This document shows, piece after piece, positions 1-13,201 of a stretch of DNA of 64,000 nt. The notes beneath the pieces were generated by a model. It had not been told where the DNA came from. It searched no databases and saw nothing but the letters and a program-made list of their open reading frames with translations. The translations under genes and the position numbers were made by a program. Position 1 is the stretch's first letter. Every line of letters begins with the position of its first letter. Source of the DNA: Octopus vulgaris (taxonomy: Eukaryota); contig OX597822.1 of NCBI GenBank assembly GCA_951406725.2, forward strand, positions 115,630,001-115,694,000, in the 5' to 3' direction.

Positions 1-69
1 AGGGCAACACCCTTACCACTTGATCATGAGCCTTCATAATGTGTGTCTGTCTGTGTGTGTGCATCCTTT

Positions 70-160
70 ATCTTTTATTTGTTTCAGTCATTAGACTGTG
101 GCCATGCTGGGACACTACCATGAAATTTTAGTCGAAAGAATCGACCCTAGTACTTCTTTT
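70..160 (-). mobile_element. 3' tail fragment of tRNA/CORE SINE family S3 (reference copy 18637-19050)
   Basis: Reverse complement matches the S3 tail CAGCATGGCC..AGTC..ATGACTGAAAC seen at 19005-19040. Confidence 0.7.
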
Positions 161-178
161 TTAACACTTCTCGTATAT

Positions 179-250
<72 letters not shown>

Positions 251-305
251 GCAGCATATTAAAATACCTTTAAAGGTTAAAATTATAAACAACTTTAAAA
301 TTTTA

Positions 306-579
306 ACCAGTGGTTAGAGCAGCGGACTCGCGATCGGAGATTGCGGTTTCGATTCCCAGACCGGGCGTTGTGTGTGCTTATTGAGCGAAAACACTTAAAA
401 GCTCCACGAGCCTCCGGCAGGGGGTAGTGGCGACCCCTGTTGCTCTCTTTCGCCCCAACTTTCTCTCACTCTGTCTTCTTGTTTCTTGAGTAACGCTGCG
501 ATGGACTGGCATCCCGTCCAGCTGAGGGGGAACACATACGCCACAGAAACCGGGAAGGCTAGGCTTGAAAAGGGCAACG
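306..579 (+). mobile_element. tRNA-derived SINE family S1 (5'-clipped, alternative tail)
   Basis: Partial A-box (AGTGGTTAG) and B-box-like GGTTTCGATTCC; body matches 5401-5700 and 40374-40671; ends in GCGATGGACTGGCATCCCGTCCAG...ACAGAAACCGGG. Confidence 0.8.
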
Positions 580-1199
580 TTTTAGATATATATATATTTC
601 AAAACTAAGTGGAAAGAAGAATCTGCTAGTGGAATGTTTAAATATAAGGATAATAGGTTACATCGGCGAAATAGTGTTGACAGATTGTATAACCAATCGC
701 AGACGGAAGGAAAGGGATTGCCAGTGTAACATTATTTTTAACAGTTGTAAGTAGGTTAAGAAGTCCGCCAAGACACATAAAAGGAAGGTTTTATATGTGT
801 GCAGATAGGGAAGTCAATGGTGAATACACGGAAGCAGAAAAGGATTAGAAAATACACTGGAAAAGTAAAAATGCTACATGATTAGCAGGAGAGTAAGCAG
901 CGGTGTTGGGGATTTGATTGGGTTTGAAGGCAGCAAACAGGGGACATACCTGAAAAGGAATGACGAGCTTGGTCGCATAGGATGAAATGTGTAAGAAGGA
1001 AAGAAAAAAGCGATTCCTATAACAGTGTAAGAACAAGTAATTAAAAGAAAACTTTATTAAAGCAAGAAAACGTAAGAGAAGTCAACGAAATAGTGAATGA
1101 AGATTGTGTGTTAATGTAGACGGCCATAATGCTGTGTTGCTAGTGTCGATGGGAGCTAAGAATCATGATAATGGTGACGGCAGTTAAGAAGGATATTAT

Positions 1200-1480
1200 A
1201 GTGGTGGTGGTGGTGGTGGTGGTAGTGGTGGTGGTGGTGGTGGTGGTAGTGGTGGTGGTGGTGGTGGTGGTGGTGGTGGTCGTGGTGGTGGTCGTTGGGG
1301 CGGCGACGGCGAAGGGAAGCATAGCGGTAATATCGATGATGTTGGACATTGAGGTTGAGGTGGTGGAGACGGTTGCAGTGATTTTGGTGGTGGTGGTGGT
1401 GATGGCGGTGGCGTTTGTAACAGAGACATTGGTGGTGGCGGTGACGACGACGGCAACGGTGGGGGCGGTGGTGGTGATGA
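1200..1480. repeat. (GGT)n microsatellite and degenerate continuation
   Basis: Direct trinucleotide repeat; explains the poly-V/T/P ORFs. Confidence 0.95.
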
Positions 1481-2399
1481 TGTTTTCAGTTTGTCGACAC
1501 CCATAAAATATGCTTTTAGAAAAATGCATGAAATTCCATATGAATTCCAAATTATAAAACTTGAAACCTGAACACAAAGAAAAACATGGCTGTCAGATTT
1601 GAACGATTACCACCTCCATATAAACCATCAAAAACTATTGACCCACTAAGATCAAATGATGTTAACAGAGGCGGGGAGGACAAACATTTTTACACACAAA
1701 CTCAACAGATGCACCAACTGTGAAAACGAAACTATGTGGGAATTATTATACTTGGCTGTTTATGGCAAATAATTACATAGTGAAAAACAAAAGGAATTAA
1801 GGACAAAAATGTTGTTTAGTCATTTCAATGGTCGTAATTAAGTTTTATAACAATAACGCCACCTGGTCCTTGAGTGCCCCGAGCATAGTTCACTCTGTTG
1901 TGAGTGCTCGAGCAAGTGCACCGGTTTCCTTCCAACCCACGTTGTTTGTTTTCCATAAAAACTGAGCTGCAGATGTTACATCAACATCACATGCTTGGGA
2001 GGATCTGTAAAGAACAGTGACAGCAACTTGCCCCTCCGATCCATGCTTGTATGTAATCCTACGTTGTAGATATACTAATAATATATATATATATGAAATT
2101 TTGAATTTAGGTCACGGACCCCCAGTACTACCTTTTCAGACTACCAGGGATCTGCAGACCCTAGGATAGGAACCACTGGTATAGGGGAAGAAAGAAAACC
2201 ACGTAGATGCTATGGTGAAATATTTATTTAATAGTTACTTAAAACATTTGATTATATAAAGACAGGTAAAAATAATCCCAAGTCTAACAATTTACTGAGG
2301 ATAATAAATCAAACGGACAATTGTTATTGATTTTAGTTATTTTTTGTGTTAAATGTTATAACGACTTTAAAAACTTCGCAAAATTTGTAATTTTGTGTT

Positions 2400-3253
<854 letters not shown>

Positions 3254-4075
3254 AAACTACTACTATTGTTGTTGTTGTTATTATTATTTGGTAATAGTTT
3301 TATTGGTGTACCTATTTTTGTTTTACGATCATATGATACTTACTTTCAGTTTGTGGTTAAACTGATTGTGTCCAGTTATAACTTACGTACTTTACGTTAT
3401 AGCATTATCAGTGAATATTTTGATGAATAACATATTATGATTCTTCCGGGAGAGATTATTAGACTTAATATCTAAACCATTTTGGAAGAGTAAATTACCA
3501 AGGGAGATAATTAAACTACTCATTGTGGGTATGATGGGGTATTCTCCCTAGTCCCATGTAGGCACCATAGACCGTTGCAATCACTTCTGAACTAACACTC
3601 TTAGAGTGATTTACATTCTACTCTCATACGTTTAGCATATTTCAACCCCAAAGATTTACCAATTTCCTGTTCTCAAAAACGTCATGCAAGGATTCCTATG
3701 CAACCCTGTATGTCCTTACTTACACCGAACGAAATATGAACATATGGGTGTTAATCGCACCTGGGATAAGAAGAGAAACATGCGTGAGATACGCACAAAT
3801 GTATTCATACATGCACGACGTCACACCCAAAAGCTTAACCAGGCACACTAACAAATACACACATGTAGACGAAAACAGACGAAAATAGACGAAAGATGTA
3901 AAGGAGAACATAAGTGGCGTGTTTCAAATTACATGGGTTCATTTGCTTAAACACAAACATAAAACATCTACATGTGCTAAGCGGCTGGTGAATAAATATT
4001 CTTATATACGTTAGTCCAGAAGTTTCAAATATATTCATATCCATGTTGTACAATATATATGTATATAATATGTAT

Positions 4076-4313
<238 letters not shown>

Positions 4314-4424
4314 ATATGTATGTATATATATATATATATATAATTTACAACGTGCATGGGAATGCATGTATGTATGCATGTGTATATATATATGTATGTA
4401 TACATATACATATATTCTTTTATT

Positions 4425-4540
4425 CCTTTATTTTTTCAGTCATTTGACTGCGGCCATGCTGGAGCACCCACGCAGCGAGACTGATCTTGGAACCATATGG
4501 TTGGTAGGCAAGCTACTTACCACCGAGCCACTCCTGCGCC
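4425..4540 (-). mobile_element. Internally deleted S3 SINE (tRNA head fused to tail)
   Basis: Reverse complement begins GGCGCAGGAGTGGCTCGGTGG and jumps directly to the GGTGCTCCAGCATGGCCGCAGTC tail. Confidence 0.75.
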
Positions 4541-4800
4541 TATGTATACATATATGTATATACTTATATATGTATACATATGTAAATACATACATACATT
4601 CACACATACGTGCATGCATACATGCATACATATATGCATTCATCCATTTATATATAGATAGATAGACAGACTGACAGACAGACAAATAGACAGATATAGA
4701 TATAGATGTGTAGGTAGGTATGTGTGTACATACTTATATGCATAAATACATGTATAAATTTCATGCGTGCGCATACACATACATTTATATATGTTTGTGT

Positions 4801-4860
<60 letters not shown>

Positions 4861-4864
<4 letters not shown>

Positions 4865-5289
4865 GTTATGTTTAGGGATGGTCATTTTTTCTTGCCAAAT
4901 AGACACACACACTACATATCTGTTCTACAATTGGTTATCATTGTTCGTATTTTCTGCCTCTTGTCTTAAATCTTTAGTCACACACCTGAGACCTCTTCAG
5001 CGACTCTCTATCCCATGCGTCTTCTCCTGTTCTGTTAAGGCCCCTCACAGAATGGACTAGACAGAACAGAAGGAGGCACGTGAAGAGTCGCTGAAGAGGT
5101 CACAGGTGTGTGACGAAAGATTTCAGACAAAAGACATAAAGTACGAACAATAATAATAGACAAATGAAGAACGAATATATGGTGCGTGTATTTATTTGGC
5201 AAGAAAAAAATGAGCTGCCCGAAATATAACAATACCTGTTTCAACACACGATTTCACATCAGGAATCTTGCAAAACAAATTTATAAATG

Positions 5290-5290
<1 letters not shown>
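4861..5290. mobile_element. Penelope-like terminal repeat with inverted duplication and hammerhead-like motif
   Basis: 4861-5035 is a diverged inverted copy of 5061-5234; CTGAAGA-G-GTCACA-ggtg-TGTGAC-GAAA at 5091-5118; flanked by (TA)n; related copy at 15402-15642. Confidence 0.6.
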
Positions 5291-5334
<44 letters not shown>

Positions 5335-5400
5335 CATACATACACACAAACGTATATATATATACATATATACATTCATGTATATATATACATATATGTG

Positions 5401-5692
5401 TGGAGGCGCAATGGCCCACTGGTTAGGGCAGCGGACTCGCGGTCGTAGGATCGTGGTTTCGATTCCCAGACCGGGCGTTGTGAGTGTTTATTGAGCGAAA
5501 ACACCTTAAAGCTCCACGAGGCTCCGGCAGGCGGGGTGATCCCTGCTGTACTCTTTCACCACTCTTTCTTTCACTCTTTCTTTGGCCTACTCGTTAGTCA
5601 GCGGGGTGGCGTCATTCGAAGGCTAAAACAATGCGAACGCATTTTGACCAGCGATGTGTAACAACATCTGATGGTCTGGTTGGTCACGTGAT

Positions 5693-5700
<8 letters not shown>
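5401..5700 (+). mobile_element. tRNA-derived SINE family S1, full length
   Basis: TGGCCCACTGG A-box and GGTTTCGATTCC B-box; near-identical to 40374-40671; lies in (TA)n. Confidence 0.88.
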
Positions 5701-5758
<58 letters not shown>

Positions 5759-5839
5759 GCACTTACACATACACAGACACACACACACACACAACAGTTA
5801 AAGAATGGAATAGATAAGATCCAGGCTACATATATTACA

Positions 5840-5985
5840 TAGCGAGCGGAACCTCGAAAGTGGTAAATAACCAACCGAGGCGTATACTGCAAGCTATTCT
5901 TCATGCCAAGGGATTCGTGATTAACTGAAAGTTCACATTGCCACAAGGAGGTACATGTTAACACATGGAAGATTCAATCGGAGTC
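5840..5985 (+). repeat. Unclassified interspersed repeat (second copy 11367-11503)
   Basis: GCGAGCGGAACCTCG...GCCAAGG..TCGTGATTAA.TGAA...CATGTTAACACA shared between the two loci. Confidence 0.6.
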
Positions 5986-6322
5986 TGTAAATTGCTTGAA
6001 GCTAACTTTCTCCCTACAGCTTGATCCCTGGATATTATATTTATATATGGATATATAATACTGTACATTTCGGATAATATATATATTTATATATTATCCG
6101 AAATGTACAGTATTATATATCCATCATGGCTGATCTAACCAATCGGTTTCCTGCTAGGAATACAATGGAGTTTCAGTAACAATCCGACTATATAACCTTA
6201 CGCTCATCAGAGTTAAGTGATATGTAAGGGAATATGGCGATACTATATGGCATACAACTTCATGTGTTAATTCGATATCCTATCCTATTTCATGATTAAT
6301 GTTTCTGATGATTTAGACTAAA

Positions 6323-6704
6323 CTAGCAGTATAACCCAGCGTTGCTCGGGCTTGTTTTCTTTTCGACCCTTTAGAATTGGAATTTTTGAAAAGTAAACAT
6401 TTTACATTATGTAGTTTGTTATTCTCTTTAAGTGAACATTTTTCTGATTGAAAGACACCGAAAAATGGCGACACAGCAGTGAAAAAATCGTAAAAAATAG
6501 GGATTTTCATAGAAAAAAAGCACCTTTTTGATGTAAATAATTTTTGGTGTTAACATGGTCCGATTTGAATTTTTCCTTCTACGGAAGGAAGAGCAAGCCT
6601 CTCAGTTTTGGTCAACTTGCGCGGCAGGGTTTCGGAGGAGATAGTATTAGTTGAAGGCTACCAAACCTGCCATACACAGACAACTTCAGCTTTATGCGTA
6701 TAGA
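6323..6704 (-). mobile_element. Non-autonomous Helitron
   Basis: On the minus strand: A|TC 5' end, subterminal hairpin CCCGAGCAACGCTGGG, CTAG|T 3' end; inserted between A and T with no TSD. Confidence 0.8.
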
Positions 6705-7048
6705 TTTTGAAGAATTTTAACATTTCATGTAATGTCTGAGTGTTTGTGTCTGTGTCTCTGCGTGCACGTATTTATATGTGTATATAGGAAACTGATGTGG
6801 CTGTGTGGCAAGAAGCTTGCTTCCCAACCACATCACTCCGGGTTCGGTCCTACAGCGTGGCACCTCGGGCAAACATATATGTAATTCGGGTAATATAAGT
6901 GTAGGATATATTTCCAGTTATGCACTCAACCCGAGTGCTGGGCTATCAATCAGTACTGCAGGATTTCAGACTAATACCGAAAGTGTAGAAAATCCTGGTT
7001 TCACGATGGTAAAACCGTTGTATGGGTATAACAAAAAATAAAATATTT

Positions 7049-9656
7049 CACTGCGTTACACATTTTCACAAGCGTTTTGGTTGTCTTAAAGCTTTGAGTG
7101 ATTTTAATGCAGAATTTTGTGCTGATTCCAAAAATGTGCTTCTTTTTGTCTACCATCGACTGTTTGCAAATTATATCGAATTATGGTAATATACACATAT
7201 CATCATACATCACATACCATCATACATCATGCATGCATCATACATATCATCATATATCATACATACATCATGCATGTCATCATGCATCACATACCATCAT
7301 ATACACGTGTCTTCATACATCTGGCAATTGTCTGTGTAAACAAAAGCTCTAACATCGCTTGATCACAGTTTGTCTCCATTATTCGTATAAAAGTATTTGA
7401 AGGTTTAAGTGAAAAGGCAGTGTCGTCACCGCCTTCTGCTACACACAACAGACTCAACAGAAACACGCCTCAGTGCTCTCGTGGCTACCATAGCTAGTGA
7501 AAGGAAATGCTGCGCTTTTGCCTCTCATCCCTCCATCTTTTGTCCGGCATTCCATTTGGTTTGGGGCCTATACCTGTATGATCACTCTTTGATAACGAGC
7601 ACTGTACATTTGTCACTTATATTTTTCTTTTTCGGGTTTTTATTGTAGACATTGAATTTTCCTGACCATGGCTACAAGAGAATGCAGAAATTCACCAGAT
7701 ATATTCTGTTATGTGTGTGGATACTATGCTGGAAGAAAGCATGTAGCATATAAAATTGTGAAAGGTGCTAAGTATTGCATTGCTTATAGACTGTATTTTG
7801 GAATGAGTACGGGTGACCAAGGAAAACCATGGGCCCCTCATGTGATATGTAGATCAAATTTGGATGGATGGCTTAGAGGTGCAAGAATAGCAATGCCATT
7901 TGCTGTTCCGAGAGTTTGGCGAGAGCCAAAATATCATTATGATGATTTGCATGGTTTATATATCAAAGTACAGAAAAGAGAAGAAAAGCCCTTCCGTATC
8001 CAAGCATTCAATCCTCCATTGCACCTGTGCCACATGATGACAACCTGCCTGTTCCACAGCCGCCAGAAAATGTTAGTACATCCTATGAAAGAGTTAATAA
8101 CAAATTTAAATTTCAACCGTAGTAACAGAATCAATAATAAAATGTGTGAGTACACATACATTTCTTACTAAGGTTTCAGCTATTAAATGCAACCTTTTAA
8201 ATTTCTCAGGTAGAGGATATGATGGAGGTCTCAGCAGGAGAGTCTGGAGGTGGCGACAACGAAGACATGGATGAAACATTTGAGCCAGGAACGAGCACCT
8301 GCCCACACTTTCCAAATCAACGTGAATTGGGCGATCTCATAAGGGAGTTGGGTCTCACTAAATGAGGAGCTGAGCTTTTAGCATTCAGGCTGAATGAATG
8401 GAATCTCTTGGAGAATGACTGTAGATTAACAGTATACAGCAGGCGCCATGAAGAATTCGACATTAGTGAGGATCTCTGCTTCTACAAAGATATAAATGGC
8501 TTGTTTACAACTATTGGAATTGATCACAACCCTGCAGAATGGCCACTTTTCATAGCTAAAAAAGAAGCTTCAAAGCCGCTTTATTACACAATGGAAATCA
8601 GCATTCATTCCTGTCTCGGTACATCCATCCTCGGTAAAGATGAAGGAAGAATGTGACAAAGTAAAAGAGCTTCATGAAAAAGTAAACTATGGGAAGTTGA
8701 AATGCAATGTTTGTGGTAACTTTAAAATTTTTCCCTTCGTGCTTCGATTCTTCTTACTTCGATTACACTAAATATTCATATTTTCTTTACCTGTGGGACA
8801 ATAGGGCTGATCTTGAACATTACCAGAAGGCTGAGTAACCCCCAGGAGATGACCTCCAGCCAGAAAGCTAAATGTTATAAGACAATCTCTTGTAGCGCCT
8901 GCGAAAGTGTTGTTACCTCCCCTTCACAGAAAGCTGGGTTTGGCCAAACAGTTTGTAAAGGCTTTAGATCTTGGTGGGAAAGCATTTCAAGAGATTCGTC
9001 TCCTCTTTCCAAAGCTACTGGAGGTAAAATTTAAGGGTAGTATACTTACTGGAGCGAAAATGCTGAGGTCAGAAAATGTGATGAGTGCACTAGAAAGATA
9101 GGTATAGTGTGTATTTCGAGATATTGTCAATGGATTCCTTGGTAATAACGAAGACCCCAAACTACAAGCAGCTCGTACGAGAACTAATCGAGAGTTATAA
9201 GAATTTAGATTGTAGAATGTCATTAAATGTACACTTTAGTCTTTTTTCGTGTAAACTAAGCTCAAGTGAGTGAGGAACATGGTTAAGGTTTCCATCAGGA
9301 TGTTGCTACAATGGAGAAAAGATACCAAGGAAGATGGTATCATTGGTGCATAAGAGCTCATAATAGGAGAGCAGGGTCTTCGGTGCATTTCTAGTAAAAT
9401 CTTATAATCTCATCATAGTCTTGCTTACATTTCTCGTTAGTTTAAAAATAAGTATCAGGAGAAAATATTTTTGGTTCCTATTAATGTACAATGTGAATAA
9501 AGTACTATCGCAGCTAAATTTTGTTCCCATTCCAAAATTATTTCCTAAAATATCGATGCTATGCAATTTTCAAGGGTAGTTTTGAAATCCGGAGAAAAAA
9601 ATTACCTTAGAATCACTAAAAAACATTTGGAGAAGCAAAACTTGTGCTACTCAGTG
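7049..9656 (+). mobile_element. Decayed DNA transposon, Chapaev3-like (CMC group), with disrupted transposase
   Basis: CACTG...CAGTG termini with imperfect TIRs; peptides CRNSPDIFCYVCG, GDQGKPWAPHVIC, MPFAVPRVWREP, LLPPLH.KLGL.KQFVKAL, FLGN, SEEHG.RFHQD..TMEKRYQG across frameshifts. Family assignment is from recalled motifs, not a search. Confidence 0.75.
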
Positions 9657-9924
9657 TAATCCAAATAATAAGACAAAAAAAAATTCCCCTCAAATATCTT
9701 CAACGATCAGTTACAATTGTTCTGTGCCAACTCTACTTGCAACGCTGTTTTACGCAACACTTCTAAGTGAAAATTTACTTAATATTTGCGCTTTTAGACA
9801 GTAGGTTGGTACTTCATCAGTCTTGCGTTAAAGGTGTGCCCTTACAATTTTCGTCTTCAAGACATTGTTTTAATTATTCATCCTCTAATCATTCTTTATT
9901 TACTTTTTGTTTCCTCTCGATATA

Positions 9925-10447
9925 CCAAAAATCCTCGAGTATAATCCGCATTTTTTTCCCAAAATTTAAAGGTCAAAATCCCTAGTGCGTACTATACACG
10001 AGGTTAAATATGAAAAATATTTTCTAAGCAATGCTCGAGTCTCCATTTGCTGTCCGACAATGTTTATTCAGACACATTTTGTGATGCCGGGCGCGAAAAT
10101 ACCTTAAGCTAAGCCTGGAAGCAATGAAGTCATAAAAGAATCATCCATAACTTGCAGTAAGCAACATTTATTAAAATAAAAGTATTCAGAACACAGAATA
10201 ACATGTAACAAAAACAATTTGCAAACATATTTACATTCCCATATAACAGTTAAGAACATCACCATTATTGTATTACACATGTGCGGAAGTGTTTGTTCGA
10301 CTAGGTGCTGCTGGCTTAATTACGCACGACTCCAAGTTAGAGAAGTGGTGCGTATTATACACAAGGTTTAGGTTTTTCAGTGGTACAGCCCCCTAAATAT
10401 CCCCTGCGTATTATACTCAAGGGCGGACTATACTTGAGGATTTACGA
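9925..10447. mobile_element. Tc1/mariner (pogo/Tigger-like) MITE
   Basis: TIRs CCAAAAATCCTCGAGTATAATCCGC / GCGGACTATACTTGAGGATTTACGA, TA on both flanks. Confidence 0.75.
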
Positions 10448-11502
10448 TAAGCAAAAAGCAATGTATGAAAGACGCACACTGTAAGAGCACACCTTTAATG
10501 CAAGTCTGGTGAAGTACCACTCTAACGTCTAAAACCGCAAATCTATGTTAATGCTTGAATAGTACAAAGTTTACGTAGAGATTTGGATATCATTTGGACG
10601 ATACATAAATGGAGGCATATTGCTCCAAGTTTCAAGTTCAATTTCCTGCTGGTTAATTTGGGGATGATTCTGGCGGTTTAAAGTACTTCTTAGTTTTGAG
10701 TACCATGTGGGTTTAGGAGGTGGGGTTTTTTTTCTAAGTGGCAATTAATTATTTGGGGTTTTTTTTGCGTGAGTAGTGTGGGAAGTTTTACCAAGAGGTG
10801 TGATTACCATTTTAAAATTTAACGGTTAATAGTATTTTGCATTTTCAATTGTCGTTTCCTCTATTTTAGAATCCAATACATAGCTGGAAGACGCTTCTTT
10901 CTTTCCAGGTTTATTTCTAGATATGTGTACCTGTTGATTGTAACTACTTTTTAATTAGCTAGCGGTACGTCCTATATATTTTAGAAAATAATCTATTTTT
11001 TATTTGTTTCAATTAAACATTCATATACATGGATTTTGTGTGGATATGTATGCATGTATGTATGTATGTATGCATACGTACATAGTCATTTTTAAATTAA
11101 TAGAAAAGAAGCTATTCTATACCTTGTGAGAGTATATTTATACAAATGAAAATCAAGTAACATAATGCTTTGCGGATGCTGCTTTTATGACTAAATAATG
11201 TCGAATGATCAGATTTATACTTTACGTGGATAAAACTCCGAGTAACTATGGGTAAACCAAATGTTTCCAGAAAAATGTAACTTTACATCATATTAACAAA
11301 CCAACCTTTTGTAATCAGGAAAAACACACACACACACACACACACATACATAAGCTATGCTTCATTGCGAGCGGAACCTCGTAAGTATCCAAGCGGCCGG
11401 GTGTCTACGGCAAGCGACACTTCAGGCCAAGGATATCGTGATTAAATGAAGATTACATTGTCGTTAGGAGGCCCATGTTAACACACGAAGGATTCGATCA
11501 GA

Positions 11503-11551
<49 letters not shown>

Positions 11552-11564
11552 ATATATATAACAT

Positions 11565-11760
11565 GTTTGTCCCTCTAGCATTGCTTGACAACCGATGCTG
11601 GTGTGTTTACGTCCCCGTCACTTAGCGGTTCGGCAAAAGAGACCGATAGAATAAGTACCGAGCTTACAAAGAATAAGTCCCGGGATCGATTTGCTCGACT
11701 AAAGGCGGTGCTCCAGCATGGCCGCAGTCAAATGACTGAAACAAGTAAAAGAGTAAAAGA
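11565..11760 (+). mobile_element. S3 SINE, 3' half
   Basis: Near-identical to 18855-19050. Confidence 0.88.
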
Positions 11761-11793
11761 TTATATAATATATAATATATATGTATATGTATA

Positions 11794-11829
<36 letters not shown>

Positions 11830-12118
11830 TGTATGTATGTATGTATGTATGTATGTATGTATGTATATAAGTGAAAATGGCTTTGTTGCCTGTCATTCCA
11901 GTCATTCCAGTGTTTACAGCTGCTTCAATAACTTATTGGTGAGAAATCATGAAATATACTCCAAGTCATATTATCGATGGCATAATAACAATGATATATA
12001 TATAAAAATGAGAGATCCAAATACTTCATGTCATAATCGTCCTCAAAAATACCCTTTCATTATATGATCACAATTATAGAATTTTATATCACTGCATCAT
12101 CTCTCTCTCTCTCTCTCT

Positions 12119-12163
<45 letters not shown>

Positions 12164-12231
12164 GTCTTTAAGCATATGTTCTCATCTCTCATCTACACAT
12201 TATTGAAACAAGTTTTAATACCTGTAATATC

Positions 12232-12765
12232 GATTTCAAATTTTGGCACAAGGCCAGCAATTTCGGGGAAGATATAGGTCGATTGAGATTGACCCTAGTG
12301 TTCAACTGGCACTTATTTCATCTACCTCAAAAAGATGAAAGGCAAGGTCGACCGGATGGATTTGAACTCAGAACAAAAAGACAGGCGAAATTCTGCTAAG
12401 CATTTCGCCCGGCGTGCTAACGCTTCTGCCAGCTCATCGCCTTGATAATGATAATGATAATAATAACAATATTAGTAATAAAAAAGATAATAATAATAAT
12501 AACACTAACAATAATAATAATAATAATAATAACAACAACAACAACAATAATAATAATAATAATAATAGTAGTAGTAATAGTAATAATAATAATCCTTTCT
12601 ACTGAGATTAAGTTGATTAATCATAACTGGTACTTATTTAATTGACCCCGAAAGGCTGAAAGGTAAAGTTGACCTCGGTGGAATTTGAATTCAGAACGAA
12701 GCGACAGAAGAAATACCGCTAACTATTTCGCCCGGCGTACTAACGGTTCTGCAAGCATGCCGCCT
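12232..12765 (-). mobile_element. Two tandem copies of tRNA-derived SINE family S4 (12232-12442, 12592-12764)
   Basis: Reverse complements match 20592-20803; separated by (AAT)n. Confidence 0.85.
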
Positions 12766-12818
12766 TGATGATGATGATGATGATAATAATAATAATAATA
12801 ATGATGATGATGATGATG

Positions 12819-12888
<70 letters not shown>

Positions 12889-12914
12889 TAATAATAATAA
12901 TAACAACAACAACA

Positions 12915-13134
12915 ATGATAAAAAAATATTCAGACAAATACATAACAAAAACACCAGGACTTACAAACACATATAACATACAGAAAATTGCACTACTAGG
13001 CACTGCACACATCCTACGCAGAACACTTTCCATACAATAACCATCAGAGCATCACAACAAATCACAGCACATACCCAAGGCACACAGAGCTGCGCTCGGT
13101 AGTGAAGTGAAAGCACGCTATAAAAATAAAACTA

Positions 13135-13137
<3 letters not shown>
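12915..13137 (+). mobile_element. RLE LINE family C, very short 3' fragment
   Basis: MIKKYSDKYITKTPGLTNTYNIQKIALLGTAHILRRTLSIQ* plus a 3' UTR matching the other C copies; (TAA)n-type repeats on both sides. Confidence 0.93.

Positions 13138-13199
<62 letters not shown>

Positions 13200-13201
<2 letters not shown>

Noticed and set aside
1140-1577. Mucin-like / poly-Pro / poly-Val ORFs
   Set aside because: Translations of a (GGT)n microsatellite, open in several frames on both strands
5401-5475. Functional tRNA genes at SINE heads (also 18637, 40374, 49122)
   Set aside because: No complete acceptor stem or terminator, and the heads continue into shared SINE bodies
10568-10930. Possible terminal coding exon on the minus strand (VHISRNKPGKK...MPPFMYRPNDIQIST*)
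   Set aside because: Two in-frame stops, a weak acceptor and no recognisable homology
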